NCBI GenBank assembly: GCA_022844165.1
Contig: JALHMH010000055.1
Location: forward strand, 1-23,624
DNA: 23,624 nucleotides
Direction of reading: 5' to 3'
Source of the DNA: Lysobacterales bacterium
GTDB taxonomy: Bacteria; Pseudomonadota; Gammaproteobacteria; Xanthomonadales; SZUA-5
Shown piece after piece: positions 1 through 9,468 of this stretch. The stretch's first letter is position 1. Every line of letters starts with the position of its first letter. The notes under the pieces were generated by a model. The model made no database searches and had not been told where the DNA came from. It was given only the letters and a program-made list of their open reading frames with translations. A program made the translations under genes and the position numbers.

Positions 1-36
1 CCTTGGATCAGGTTTCACTTCCAACGACGGGGACAT
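1..36 (-). CDS. 5' fragment of a putative transposase OrfA (MSPSLEVKPDPR...)
   Basis: ATG at 36-34, 6 nt after GAGGAGG, and open to the window edge. EVxPDP resembles N-termini I recall from IS3-family OrfA proteins. Only 12 codons are visible. Confidence 0.45.
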   Translation of the reverse strand, partial: MSPSLEVKPDPR

Positions 37-118
37 TGCAAACCTCCTCTGAAAGCCCTCTTTATCTTAAAGATAAAAAGCTACAGCAAAAGCGTTGGAG
101 GTATGTTGACACAGAGGG
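1..118 (-). mobile_element. Probable left end of an IS3-family-like insertion sequence, running off the window edge; junction at about 113-118
   Basis: The - strand reads CCCTCTGTGTCAACATACC..., then an AT-rich stretch with an inverted repeat (TTTATCT-taa-AGATAAA, 61-77), a perfect SD GAGGAGG (49-43) and ATG at 36. The neighbouring repeat protein breaks off mid-module at this point. The family call rests on recalled resemblance only. Confidence 0.55.
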
Positions 119-2492
119 TGGCGTTCTCGAAGAACCCAATCGGAATCACAAACTTACCGTCGGGAGCAGACAACACCGAAGCGGTCACCACTGACGAGCC
201 CGAGCTCCAGACGTCGATTCCGCGGGACACAATAGGCAAACCCGTTGACGCATCCAGAAGATAACCCAATACACCCCTGGCGAGCGCTAAATCAAAATCG
301 ATATTGACCGAACCGCCTGGAAGCAAGCCAATCAACGCCCCTGGTGTCGAGTTACAATTACCAACGCAGTCTAGTCCAGGATGAACTTGTGAATAAAACG
401 GGGAATTCGAATTGGCAAAGACTCCCAAGCTAAATTCCCCGTCCGGCAAATCCAACAGCTGATAGTTTGAACCGCTTCGCGTAAAGATGCCTGACACAAA
501 ACTTGAGTCTGCGCGCCTTGCTCTGACCGAGAAGTCAACCGACGTTGGCAAGCCTTCCAGTGTAACTCGTCCGCGAACAGAAGCGCTGCGCTGCAGCGTG
601 AAGTCGATGTCCTCAAGACCCGTTGGTCCTAAAGTCAAGAGGGTGGCGTTTGGGCAAACAATGTTGCCTGAAATGGATACGCTGCAAGGGGCATTAGGAT
701 AACCAACGTCGACATGTTGTTGAGAACTCGCAACCAAAATATATTGTCCAGGACGTACATTTGGGATTGCGTAATCACCCGTAGGCTGAATGGAGACGGT
801 CTGAATAGGCCAGGGCTGGCTGGGTGTCAGCAAGTTAACGCTTCCGGTCACTGGCAAGCTGGATCCTATCTCCAAGACGCTGCCACTAATACTTGGATAG
901 GGATTCAATATAAGGTCAATGGTGGGCAAAGGCCCGGTGCTTGGGATGTTCACCAGGGTACCCTGAGCAAGTTCCGCCAAACAATCTGACGCACACTGAA
1001 TATTTGGAAACAAGGTTGCGAAACTGCCGTTGGACTCGGCGGTCAAATAATAGCTGCCAGCCGGCGGAGGCGCCAAAACCATCTCCACAGTACTTCCGGT
1101 TCCAAAAGCTTGCGCGGATTGTGCAATTTGTCCGCTCGCGTATCTGAGCGCAACGGATTGAAAGGATCCAATGCGGTTCATACGAACAACAAGTGCTCGA
1201 CTTTGAGGGAGATAAATATTTATGGTCTTAAAATACTCATCTGGTGCAAAGGAGATAGGATTCCCCGTCAAGTCAGTACAGGTGCTGTCACAGGGAACGC
1301 CGTCAAAAGCAGTCGTCGTGTATCCCGATGCACTTGCGCGGGCGCGATATATGACGCCAGACCGGAGATTATTATGGATCAAACGCCCATTTTGAGTAGA
1401 TGCAGAACCGAAAAAACCATTGTTCGTAAAAAGGCTGCCAGAAGCGTTAAGAATCGGCTGCTGGTTTATATCAAAGACGTGGACCGCGAGACTCTTGCTG
1501 GGGTCAAGCGAGAAGTCGATTCCAGGCACCGATGAATTTAGCGTTACGGAGATATTCGCGAAGCCTGGGCAATCGGTAATGCTGCTGTTGGGCGAATTAC
1601 ACGCGACATTTTGATAGGCTTCAGGAACATAACCCGACGTGAAACCGGTCGTTCGCGCTCCATAGATTCCTGCGGTCGACAACGGCATGGTGTAAGCGCC
1701 CGGTGGGACGATCTGCACCTGGCCAGCAAAAGTGTACTGTTGTCCGACTTGAAGGTAAGCTGCTACTTGTACCCCGGAGACCGGAACGAGACTTGTGACT
1801 TGACCGCTAAATCCCATCGAAGTTGTCGCACGAAGTTGAAATGCGTTTGGCCGCGTGGAATCGATATTGCGCAATCTCAAGATCGCATTATCTAGGTCAG
1901 TGAGGGCCAACTGAGCAGAAAGTCCGTAAAAGTCGTCGTTAACCGCAAGTGGCGTTTGATCGCCGCAATTACGAAAGGCAGCGATCTCACTGTCCCCTGG
2001 CGATTGCACCGTGGAAACGATCGCTGCCGCTTCGCTGGGCGCGTCGACCGTGAACCACCATTCGCTTCCCGCCTGACCGGCGGCCGCCATCTCAATCTGC
2101 CGTGTGCTATCGATGGAAATCGCTACCGGATTTTGGCAGATCGACCCATCTCCGCTTCCTGCGCGCCATCGTTCCACAGGCGTGGAGGCGCCGGGTGATG
2201 CATGTGGAATCGACGTTATTTGCCCGGAACGCAGGAGGCTCAAATTTTGCAGCAGTCCGCGCAGAGCTTCGAGCTTGGCCACATCGGTCTCGCCTGAAGC
2301 GGCGGCTCGGCGTAACGAAAGATCGAACTCGGCATTGAGCTTGTCGAGGTCCGCGTTTGCGGCCATCTCGGCGCTGGCGGACAGTTGCCGAAGATCCATT
2401 TCGAGCCTGCGGGCATCAGCTGCAACATCGCCCCGAGTTTCCATAGGCGATAGCGCGAGAAGCGACACAACAGCGAGCCACGAGATTCGCAT
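81..2492 (-). CDS. Large secreted protein with tandem carboxypeptidase-regulatory-like/Cna-B-like beta-sandwich modules; probably C-terminally truncated by the IS
   Basis: 803-aa ORF with a purine-rich RBS (GGGAAAAAGGGG), an N-terminal signal-peptide-like segment (MRISWLAVVSLLALS), a PPC-like segment (LAVNDDFYGLSAQL), and ~100-aa modules (SGxV...GxY...C..C...IDFxL). Confidence 0.8.
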   Translation of the reverse strand: MRISWLAVVSLLALSPMETRGDVAADARRLEMDLRQLSASAEMAANADLDKLNAEFDLSLRRAAASGETDVAKLEALRGLLQNLSLLRSGQITSIPHASPGASTPVERWRAGSGDGSICQNPVAISIDSTRQIEMAAAGQAGSEWWFTVDAPSEAAAIVSTVQSPGDSEIAAFRNCGDQTPLAVNDDFYGLSAQLALTDLDNAILRLRNIDSTRPNAFQLRATTSMGFSGQVTSLVPVSGVQVAAYLQVGQQYTFAGQVQIVPPGAYTMPLSTAGIYGARTTGFTSGYVPEAYQNVACNSPNSSITDCPGFANISVTLNSSVPGIDFSLDPSKSLAVHVFDINQQPILNASGSLFTNNGFFGSASTQNGRLIHNNLRSGVIYRARASASGYTTTAFDGVPCDSTCTDLTGNPISFAPDEYFKTINIYLPQSRALVVRMNRIGSFQSVALRYASGQIAQSAQAFGTGSTVEMVLAPPPAGSYYLTAESNGSFATLFPNIQCASDCLAELAQGTLVNIPSTGPLPTIDLILNPYPSISGSVLEIGSSLPVTGSVNLLTPSQPWPIQTVSIQPTGDYAIPNVRPGQYILVASSQQHVDVGYPNAPCSVSISGNIVCPNATLLTLGPTGLEDIDFTLQRSASVRGRVTLEGLPTSVDFSVRARRADSSFVSGIFTRSGSNYQLLDLPDGEFSLGVFANSNSPFYSQVHPGLDCVGNCNSTPGALIGLLPGGSVNIDFDLALARGVLGYLLDASTGLPIVSRGIDVWSSGSSVVTASVLSAPDGKFVIPIGFFENATLCVNIPPTLLL

Positions 2493-2840
2493 CGGTATCC
2501 CCTTTTTCCCAGTGAGCGGAAGAATGCCTCACGAGTCGCCGTACGCACCACCTCGCCAACGACCGCACGAGTGTCGACTTGGGAGTCGCCGGGCGTTGCG
2601 CCGAGCGGCGCCTGAAATTGCTGCGCGATTTTCGGTGCCTACGCGAAAGGGACGATGGATCTTTACGGGTCCTTCGCTGGATGATCCGAGTTCATTTCCT
2701 TGATGTTGACGAAGAGGCGCCAACATTGCCAATCGCCCAACCTTCGAACATAGTTGAACCCCGCAAGTTCACAATGCGCACGACACGCCATCGTTGGCGG
2801 CCGCGCCGGTTGATCCTCTGCATGCCGAGAGCCCAAGACC

Positions 2841-3758
2841 ATGCCCTTGACCACCATCTGCGACTTTATCCGATTCGCCACTTCGCGCTTCAACGAAGCG
2901 AACGTGGTCTACGGGCACGGCTTTGATAGTGCGCTCGATGAGGCCACGTATCTGGTACTGACTTCGCTGCATCTGCCGCACGATATGCCGCCGGTGTACG
3001 CCGCGGCGACCTTACTTCCGGATGAGCGGGAGGTGTTGCAGCAGCGTATCCATGAGCGTGTGTCGCGGCGCATGCCGACAGCCTATCTGGTTGGCGAGGC
3101 GTGGTTCGCAGGGCTGTCCTTCAAAGTGACGCAAGACGTGTTGATCCCCCGTTCGCCGATTGCCGAGCTGATCGAGCGTGGATTTGCGCCCTGGTTGCAA
3201 CAACCGCCGGAACGCGTGCTCGATTTATGCTGCGGCTCGGGTTGCATCGGCATCGCGATCGCGGTGCATGTCCCCGAATCGCATGTCGATCTGGCCGATA
3301 TTTCGCTCGATGCCTTGCAGGTCGCCGGCGGTAACGCCGCCGACCATGGTATTGAGGATCGTGTCGAGTTCATTCAGTCCGATGGCTTCGGTGCGTTGGG
3401 CGGGCGACGATACGATCTGATTGTCGCCAATCCGCCGTATGTGAGTCAGGCCGAAGTCGACGCATTGCCGCCGGAGTACGCGCACGAACCGATGCTCGCC
3501 CTCGTTTCAGGCGAAGACGGCCTGGATCTGCCCGTGCGCCTCCTGGCGGGTGCGGCGATGCACCTGGATCCAACTGGCGTGTTGATTCTGGAAGTCGGCG
3601 ATTCTGCCGATCGTCTCGCCGCGCTGTTTCCTGAGGTTCCGTTTCGTTGGGCAGAGTTCGAGCGCGGCGGCGGCGGGGTGGCCATACTCGATCGCGATGA
3701 GCTGGTGGCCTTCGCCGAAACCTTCGGCGCCGAAGACCAGCGTCGAGGTGCACGTTGA
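2841..3758 (+). CDS. prmB: 50S ribosomal protein L3 N5-glutamine methyltransferase
   Basis: [13 protein letters not shown]-terminal motif, [15 protein letters not shown]-binding DLCCGSGCI, catalytic NPPY, and its usual position directly upstream of aroC. Confidence 0.95.
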   Translation: MPLTTICDFIRFATSRFNEANVVYGHGFDSALDEATYLVLTSLHLPHDMPPVYAAATLLPDEREVLQQRIHERVSRRMPTAYLVGEAWFAGLSFKVTQDVLIPRSPIAELIERGFAPWLQQPPERVLDLCCGSGCIGIAIAVHVPESHVDLADISLDALQVAGGNAADHGIEDRVEFIQSDGFGALGGRRYDLIVANPPYVSQAEVDALPPEYAHEPMLALVSGEDGLDLPVRLLAGAAMHLDPTGVLILEVGDSADRLAALFPEVPFRWAEFERGGGGVAILDRDELVAFAETFGAEDQRRGAR

Positions 3759-4828
3759 GTGCCAACACCTTCGGCAAGTTATTTGCCGTGACCACCTTTG
3801 GCGAGAGCCACGGCCCGGCCATCGGCTGCGTGATCGACGGCTGCCCGCCCGGGTTATCGATTTCGCCTGAGGATTTTGTCGCGGATCTTGAGCGCAGGGC
3901 GACCGGTCGATCGCGATTTACCAGTCAGCGCCACGAAGCCGATGCGGTAGAAATTTTGTCCGGGGTGTTCGAAGGTCGCACCACGGGCACCCCGATCGCC
4001 TTGCTGATCCGCAATACGGATCAGCGCAGTAAGGACTATCAGGCCATCGGCGAGCAGTTTCGGCCGGGCCACGCCGATTACACCTACCAGCAAAAGTACG
4101 GCGTCCGCGATCCGCGCGGCGGTGGTCGGTCGAGCGCGCGCGAAACCACCATGCGCGTCGCCGCAGCAGTGATCGCCAAACGCTATTTGAGCGAGCGCTA
4201 TGGCGTGCGCGTGCAGGCGTGGGTCGATGCGATTGGCCCGTATCGCGCGGAACGCTTCGATCGCGACGCAATCGAGCAGAACCCGTTTTTTTGGCCAGAC
4301 GCGGAACAGGTGCCGGTGCTTGAGGCGTTCCTCGATGGCCTGCGTAAATCCGGCGATTCGGTTGGCGCCCGTTTGACCGCAGAAGCGAGCGGTGTTCCGG
4401 TTGGTTGGGGCGAGCCGATCTACGGCAAGCTCGATGCCGAGATTGCCAGCGCATTGATGAGCATCAATGCCGTCAAATCGGTGGAAATCGGCGATGGCGT
4501 CGCCGTAGCGAGCCAACGCGGCACCGAACATCGAGATGAAATCACCCGCGAGGGTTTCCAGAGCAATCACGCGGGCGGCATTCTCGGCGGCATTTCCAGC
4601 GGCCAGACCATCGTCGCACGCATGGCGATCAAACCCACCAGCAGCGTGCTGATTCCGGGTCGCAGTATCGATCGGCAGGGCAATGAAATCGAAATCGTCA
4701 CCCGCGGCCGTCACGATCCATGCGTGGGTCTGCGCGCCGCACCCATCATGGAAGCGATGATCGCACTGGTGCTGATGGACCAGTGCCTCCGCGATCGTGC
4801 GCAGTGTGCGGATGTGCGACGCGGATGA
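3755..4828 (+). CDS. aroC: Chorismate synthase
   Basis: [25 protein letters not shown] and RGRHDPCVG signatures. The TTG start overlaps the prmB stop (TTGA). Confidence 0.97.
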   Translation: MSANTFGKLFAVTTFGESHGPAIGCVIDGCPPGLSISPEDFVADLERRATGRSRFTSQRHEADAVEILSGVFEGRTTGTPIALLIRNTDQRSKDYQAIGEQFRPGHADYTYQQKYGVRDPRGGGRSSARETTMRVAAAVIAKRYLSERYGVRVQAWVDAIGPYRAERFDRDAIEQNPFFWPDAEQVPVLEAFLDGLRKSGDSVGARLTAEASGVPVGWGEPIYGKLDAEIASALMSINAVKSVEIGDGVAVASQRGTEHRDEITREGFQSNHAGGILGGISSGQTIVARMAIKPTSSVLIPGRSIDRQGNEIEIVTRGRHDPCVGLRAAPIMEAMIALVLMDQCLRDRAQCADVRRG

Positions 4829-4892
4829 CGTTTGAGGAAAGCTGAGGTTCCTGAATTCGAGGCAGCGGTTGCGCGTTACTGCGTTGACGATC

Positions 4893-4906
4893 TGAATACG
4901 TTTGCA
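4893..4906. promoter_or_regulatory. Candidate LacI/GalR-family operator upstream of glgP
   Basis: TGAATACGTTTGCA is an imperfect 14-bp palindrome with a central CG (5 of 7 pairs match), lying in the aroC-glgP spacer. Confidence 0.3.
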
Positions 4907-4956
4907 CCGAAACCATCCGGCGATAAGCGCCGATTAAAGTCTCCGCTTGCAGAAAT

Positions 4957-7293
4957 GTGGCGGCGAAGATGATCGAACTGGCAAACGAAAAAACCTCGGT
5001 GGCGCATACCTTGGGTGCGCTGTCGGCGCAATGTATGGCGACCTTGCAGAGCCGTTGGTCATCCACCCAGGTGGCCGATCGGCAACAGATCGACGCGGGT
5101 GCACGGCGCGTGCATTACTTGTCGATGGAGTTCTTGTTGGGCCGCGCGCTGGGCAACGCGCTGATGGCGCTGGGCGAACGCAAAACGCTCGACCAGCAGG
5201 GTGTCGATGTCGGTGCCTTGCTTGAGTCCGAGCAGGATGCGGCGCTCGGCAATGGCGGCCTTGGTCGATTGGCGGCCTGTTTTCTCGACGCATTTGCTCA
5301 AGCCGGGCTGCCGGCGTTTGGCTATGGCCTGCGTTTTTCCTACGGCATGTTTGCGCAGCGCATCAGCGACGGGCGACAAGTCGAGGAGCCGGATGATTGG
5401 TTGCGTGACGGCAATCCGTGGGAGGTGCGGCGCGACATTCGGTACCTGGTCGGCTTCGGCGGGCGCGTCGTCAGCGAAGGCGCCGGGCGGCGCTGGATCC
5501 CGGCCGAACGCGTCGAAGCCAATGCCTACGACTTTATTGTGCCTGCCCATTCGAGCGAGCGTGTCGTGACCTTGCGGCAGTGGCATGCGCGAGCCGCTGA
5601 GCCGATCGACTTCCAGGCGTTTTGTCGCGGCGATATCGCCGCCGCCGGGCGGCAACTACTGGCCGCGGATGCACTGAACTGGGTGCTTTATCCTGACGAC
5701 AGCACCGAAGCCGGGCGCGAACTGCGCTTGAAACAGGAGGCGCTGCTGGTCTCCGCTTCGCTGCAGGATGTGATTGCCCGGCACCTGGCCGAGGGTCGCC
5801 GGCTTGACGATCTTGGCCGTTGCAGCGCCATCCACTTGAACGACACGCATCCTGCGCTCGCGCCAGCGGAGTTGTTGCGTCTGCTGATCGACGAACATGG
5901 CCTGTCGTTCGATGCGGCCTGGGCGATCATGTTTCGGATGATGTCCTATACCAACCACACGTTGTTACCGGAGGCCCTGGAAACCTGGCCGGTGGCGATG
6001 ATCGAGCGTTGCCTGCCGCGTCACCTGGAGCTCATCTACGAGATCAACGCACGTTTTTTGAGCGAGGTGCGCGCGCGCGGCTTCGACGAGAGTTTTGTGC
6101 AACGCGTGTCTCTGGTCGATGAGCAGCATGGGCGACGCGTGCGCATGGCGCATCTGGCGATTGTCGCCAGCCACGGGATCAACGGCGTTGCTGCACTGCA
6201 TTCGGCGTTGATGGTAAAAACCATTTTTGCCGATTTTGCGCAGCTCTATCCGGCGCGCTTCTTCAACGTGACCAATGGTGTGACGCCAAGGCGATGGCTG
6301 GAAAGCGCCAATCCGGCGCTGGCGGCGGTATTCGATGACGCCATCGGTCATCACTGGCGCCACGATCTCAACGTCTTGCGACAGCTCGATGCAAAAGACA
6401 GCGTACTTTCGCCGCGTTTGCGTGCCGTCAAATTTGCCAACAAGGAGCGCCTCGCCGCACGTGTCCGCACCGAACTCGGTATCACCATCGATGCAGAATC
6501 GATGTTCGATGTGCACATCAAACGGATCCACGAGTACAAACGGCAACTCCTGAATTTGCTGCACGTGGTCTGGCGCTACCAGGCGCTGCTGGATCGGCCG
6601 TCGCGCTTCGTGCCGCGGACCGTGATTCTCGCGGGCAAAGCGGCCAGTGCCTATGCGGTCGCCAAAGACATCATTCGCCTCACGCACGACATCGCCCGAG
6701 TGATCAACAGCGACCGGCGCACCAACGATCGATTGAAGCTCGTGTTCATGCCCAATTACGGCGTGAGCCTTGCCGAATTGATCGTTCCGGCGGCCGATTT
6801 ATCTGAGCAGATTTCGACCGCCGGCACTGAGGCGTCGGGCACCGGTAACATGAAATTCGCGCTCAACGGCGCGTTGACGATCGGCACTTGGGATGGCGCC
6901 AACATCGAGATGGCAGAAGCGATCGGCAGCGACGACCTGTTTATTTTTGGCCATCGGGTCGAGTCGTTGGCGAAGCTGCGCGACAGCTATTGGCCACGGC
7001 AGCTGGCGGCAACGCTGCCGGACTTGCAGCGCGTGTTGAGCGCCATCGCCGAAGGCCAGTTTTCGCCAGGCGAACCTCATCGCTACCGCGGTCTGATCGA
7101 CGGCCTGCTGAACCGCGACCGTTATTTTCTGGTGGCCGATTTTGCCGATTACGTTGCCACGCAGGAACGCATCGATGCCGAGTTTGCGCATGCGGCGAAT
7201 TGGCACGCAAAAGCTGCTCGCAACATCGCCGGTATGGGCTTTTTCTCCGCCGATCGGTGTGTCGCGGAATATCGGCACCGAGTATGGTCTTAG
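4957..7293 (+). CDS. glgP: Glycogen/maltodextrin (alpha-glucan) phosphorylase, GT35; true start may be ATG 4969
   Basis: YLSMEFLLGR, LGNGGLGRLAACFLD, HLNDTHP, KRIHEYKRQ and the PLP-lysine motif EASGTGNMKFALNG. Confidence 0.95.
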   Translation: MAAKMIELANEKTSVAHTLGALSAQCMATLQSRWSSTQVADRQQIDAGARRVHYLSMEFLLGRALGNALMALGERKTLDQQGVDVGALLESEQDAALGNGGLGRLAACFLDAFAQAGLPAFGYGLRFSYGMFAQRISDGRQVEEPDDWLRDGNPWEVRRDIRYLVGFGGRVVSEGAGRRWIPAERVEANAYDFIVPAHSSERVVTLRQWHARAAEPIDFQAFCRGDIAAAGRQLLAADALNWVLYPDDSTEAGRELRLKQEALLVSASLQDVIARHLAEGRRLDDLGRCSAIHLNDTHPALAPAELLRLLIDEHGLSFDAAWAIMFRMMSYTNHTLLPEALETWPVAMIERCLPRHLELIYEINARFLSEVRARGFDESFVQRVSLVDEQHGRRVRMAHLAIVASHGINGVAALHSALMVKTIFADFAQLYPARFFNVTNGVTPRRWLESANPALAAVFDDAIGHHWRHDLNVLRQLDAKDSVLSPRLRAVKFANKERLAARVRTELGITIDAESMFDVHIKRIHEYKRQLLNLLHVVWRYQALLDRPSRFVPRTVILAGKAASAYAVAKDIIRLTHDIARVINSDRRTNDRLKLVFMPNYGVSLAELIVPAADLSEQISTAGTEASGTGNMKFALNGALTIGTWDGANIEMAEAIGSDDLFIFGHRVESLAKLRDSYWPRQLAATLPDLQRVLSAIAEGQFSPGEPHRYRGLIDGLLNRDRYFLVADFADYVATQERIDAEFAHAANWHAKAARNIAGMGFFSADRCVAEYRHRVWS

Positions 7294-7341
7294 GCACTCG
7301 ATGCGCGGCGCGCAGCGATCGTTGCCATGGGCAACTGTGAC

Positions 7342-9468
7342 ATGACCGACGATGCCACCATCGCCGCGCTGCTCGGCGCATCGCACAGCGATGCGTTCGC
7401 CGTGCTCGGTCTGCATACGGTCGAAGGCTGTCATTGGCTGCGCGCGCTGCTGCCCGGAGCGCAATCGGTCGAAGCGCTGCAAACAGACGGTTCGCTGCTG
7501 GCGCAGCTTTCGCGCCGCCATGTCGACGGTTTTTTCGAAGGCGAAATTTCGCAGCGCTGCGACTATCGTTTGCGCGTCGTGTGGGCCGATGGCGAACAAG
7601 GCGTCTACGCCGATGCTTTTTCCTTTGGCGAACTATTCGACGATGCAACACTCGATGCCGTGCGCGAAGGACGACATGGGCGCCCGTTCGAAGTCTTCGG
7701 CGCGCATCCGATCTCGCTGGGTGTCGTCGACGGCGTGCGCTTCGCCGTTTGGGCACCGAACGCGCGGCGCGTGAATGTTGTTGGCAGCTTCAACCACTGG
7801 GATGGACGCCGCCATCCGATGCGGCTGCGTCATCGCGCCGGTCTGTTCGAGATATTTGTGCCGCATGCCGGCATCGGCGATCTGTACAAGTACGAAGTCG
7901 TCGGTTCGGATGGGGGGGTGACGCTCAAGTCCGATCCCTATGCATTCGCCGCCGAGGTACGACCGCAGACCGCGTCGCGCGTGGCTACTCTGCCGCCCGT
8001 TCGACCGCTGCCGCGCGACCGCGCGGCGCTGAATCGTCGCGACGCTCCGATTAGCGTCTATGAGGTGCACGTCGGTTCGTGGCGATCAGGCAGTGATTGG
8101 CGCACGCTGGCACAAACGCTGCCGGCCTATGCCGCCGGGCTTGGGTTCACGCACATCGAGCTGATGCCGATTGCCGAGTTTCCGTTCGATGGTTCCTGGG
8201 GTTATCAGCCCACGGGACTGTATGCACCGACCTCGCGATTCGGGTCGGCGTCGGACTTCGCCGCGTTCGTCGCTGCGTGCCAGGCGCTCGGTCTGGGCGT
8301 GTTGCTCGACTGGGTGCCGGCCCATTTCCCGTCCGACGGCCACGGATTGGCGCGCTTCGATGGCACGGCACTTTACGAATATGGCGATCCCAAAGAAGGC
8401 TTTCACCGCGATTGGAACACGCTGATCTACAACTTTGCGCGCACCGAGGTACGCAGCTTCTTGAAGGGCAGCGCCCGGTATTGGGTCGAGCGTTTCGGGC
8501 TCGATGGATTGCGCGTCGATGCGGTGGCTTCGATGCTCTATCGGGACTACTCGCGCGAATCGGGGCAATGGATGCCGAACATCTTCGGTGGTCGCGAAAA
8601 CCTCGAGGCGATATCGCTGTTCAAAGACATCAACGAAGATCTTGGCAGCGCGTGTCCGGGCGCGATCACCGTGGCGGAGGAGTCGACGGCTTTCCCCAAA
8701 GTGTCGGCACCGACGTATGACGGCGGTCTTGGATTCCACTACAAGTGGAATATGGGTTGGATGAACGACACGCTGCGCTACATCGCTGAAGATCCGGTGC
8801 ATCGTCGTTGGCATCACGACCAGATGACCTTTGGTCTGGTGTACGCCTTCAGCGAAAACTATGTGCTGCCGATTTCGCACGACGAGGTCGTGCACGGTAA
8901 GGGTTCGATGCTTGGCAAGATGCCGGGCGATGACTGGCAGCGCTTCGCGAACTTGCGCGCCTATTACGGTTTCATGTGGGGGCATCCGGGCAAGAAGCTG
9001 TTGTTCATGGGTCAGGAGTTCGCGCAACCTACCGAATGGAATCACGATGCGTTCTTGCCTTGGGAGCGCCTCGACGATCCGCGCCACGCAGGTGTGCAGC
9101 GGTTGATCGGCGACTTGAACCGCCTGTACCGAGACACCCCAGCGTTGCATCAGTTCGATTGTGACCCAGCGGGTTTTTGTTGGCTGGTGGGTGACGATCG
9201 CGATCAGAGCGTGTTTGCTTGGGCCCGTTTCGATGCACAAGGTCGCGCCGCCATTGTTGTGTGCAATTTCACGCCCGTGCCGCGCCGCGGTTACCGCGTG
9301 CCGTTACAGCAGGTTCGGCAAACGCACTGGCGCGAAGCCTTGAACACCGATTCGATCCACTATGGCGGCAGCAATGTCGGCAATGGTGCGGGAGCCATCG
9401 AAGCGCGTGACGGCGCCATCGAATTGACGCTGCCGCCGCTTGCGGCGCTGTTCTTGGTGCCCCGTTGA
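7342..9468 (+). CDS. glgB: 1,4-alpha-glucan branching enzyme, GH13 (alternative start 7327)
   Basis: FAVWAPNA, YEVHVGSW, SWGYQPTG, and intact catalytic motifs RVDAVASM, AEEST and SHDEVVHGK. Confidence 0.96.
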   Translation: MTDDATIAALLGASHSDAFAVLGLHTVEGCHWLRALLPGAQSVEALQTDGSLLAQLSRRHVDGFFEGEISQRCDYRLRVVWADGEQGVYADAFSFGELFDDATLDAVREGRHGRPFEVFGAHPISLGVVDGVRFAVWAPNARRVNVVGSFNHWDGRRHPMRLRHRAGLFEIFVPHAGIGDLYKYEVVGSDGGVTLKSDPYAFAAEVRPQTASRVATLPPVRPLPRDRAALNRRDAPISVYEVHVGSWRSGSDWRTLAQTLPAYAAGLGFTHIELMPIAEFPFDGSWGYQPTGLYAPTSRFGSASDFAAFVAACQALGLGVLLDWVPAHFPSDGHGLARFDGTALYEYGDPKEGFHRDWNTLIYNFARTEVRSFLKGSARYWVERFGLDGLRVDAVASMLYRDYSRESGQWMPNIFGGRENLEAISLFKDINEDLGSACPGAITVAEESTAFPKVSAPTYDGGLGFHYKWNMGWMNDTLRYIAEDPVHRRWHHDQMTFGLVYAFSENYVLPISHDEVVHGKGSMLGKMPGDDWQRFANLRAYYGFMWGHPGKKLLFMGQEFAQPTEWNHDAFLPWERLDDPRHAGVQRLIGDLNRLYRDTPALHQFDCDPAGFCWLVGDDRDQSVFAWARFDAQGRAAIVVCNFTPVPRRGYRVPLQQVRQTHWREALNTDSIHYGGSNVGNGAGAIEARDGAIELTLPPLAALFLVPR

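Noticed and set aside
3-194. 63-aa + strand ORF at the left edge
   Set aside because: It spans the inferred IS junction and is antisense to the 803-aa gene. The SD and ATG evidence favours the - strand.
2104-2703. 199-aa + strand ORF
   Set aside because: Antisense to the 5' end of the 803-aa gene, Ser/Arg/Ala-rich, with no RBS or family signal.
7321-7335. Inverted repeat GTTGCC-atg-GGCAAC before glgB
   Set aside because: A 6-bp stem is expected by chance, and there is no second copy or U-tract.
8086-9240. 384-aa antisense ORF inside glgB, and similar long shadow ORFs within aroC, glgP, malQ, SulP and the 767-aa gene
   Set aside because: They lie wholly opposite or within well-supported genes, have no motifs, and are expected from GC-rich codon bias.
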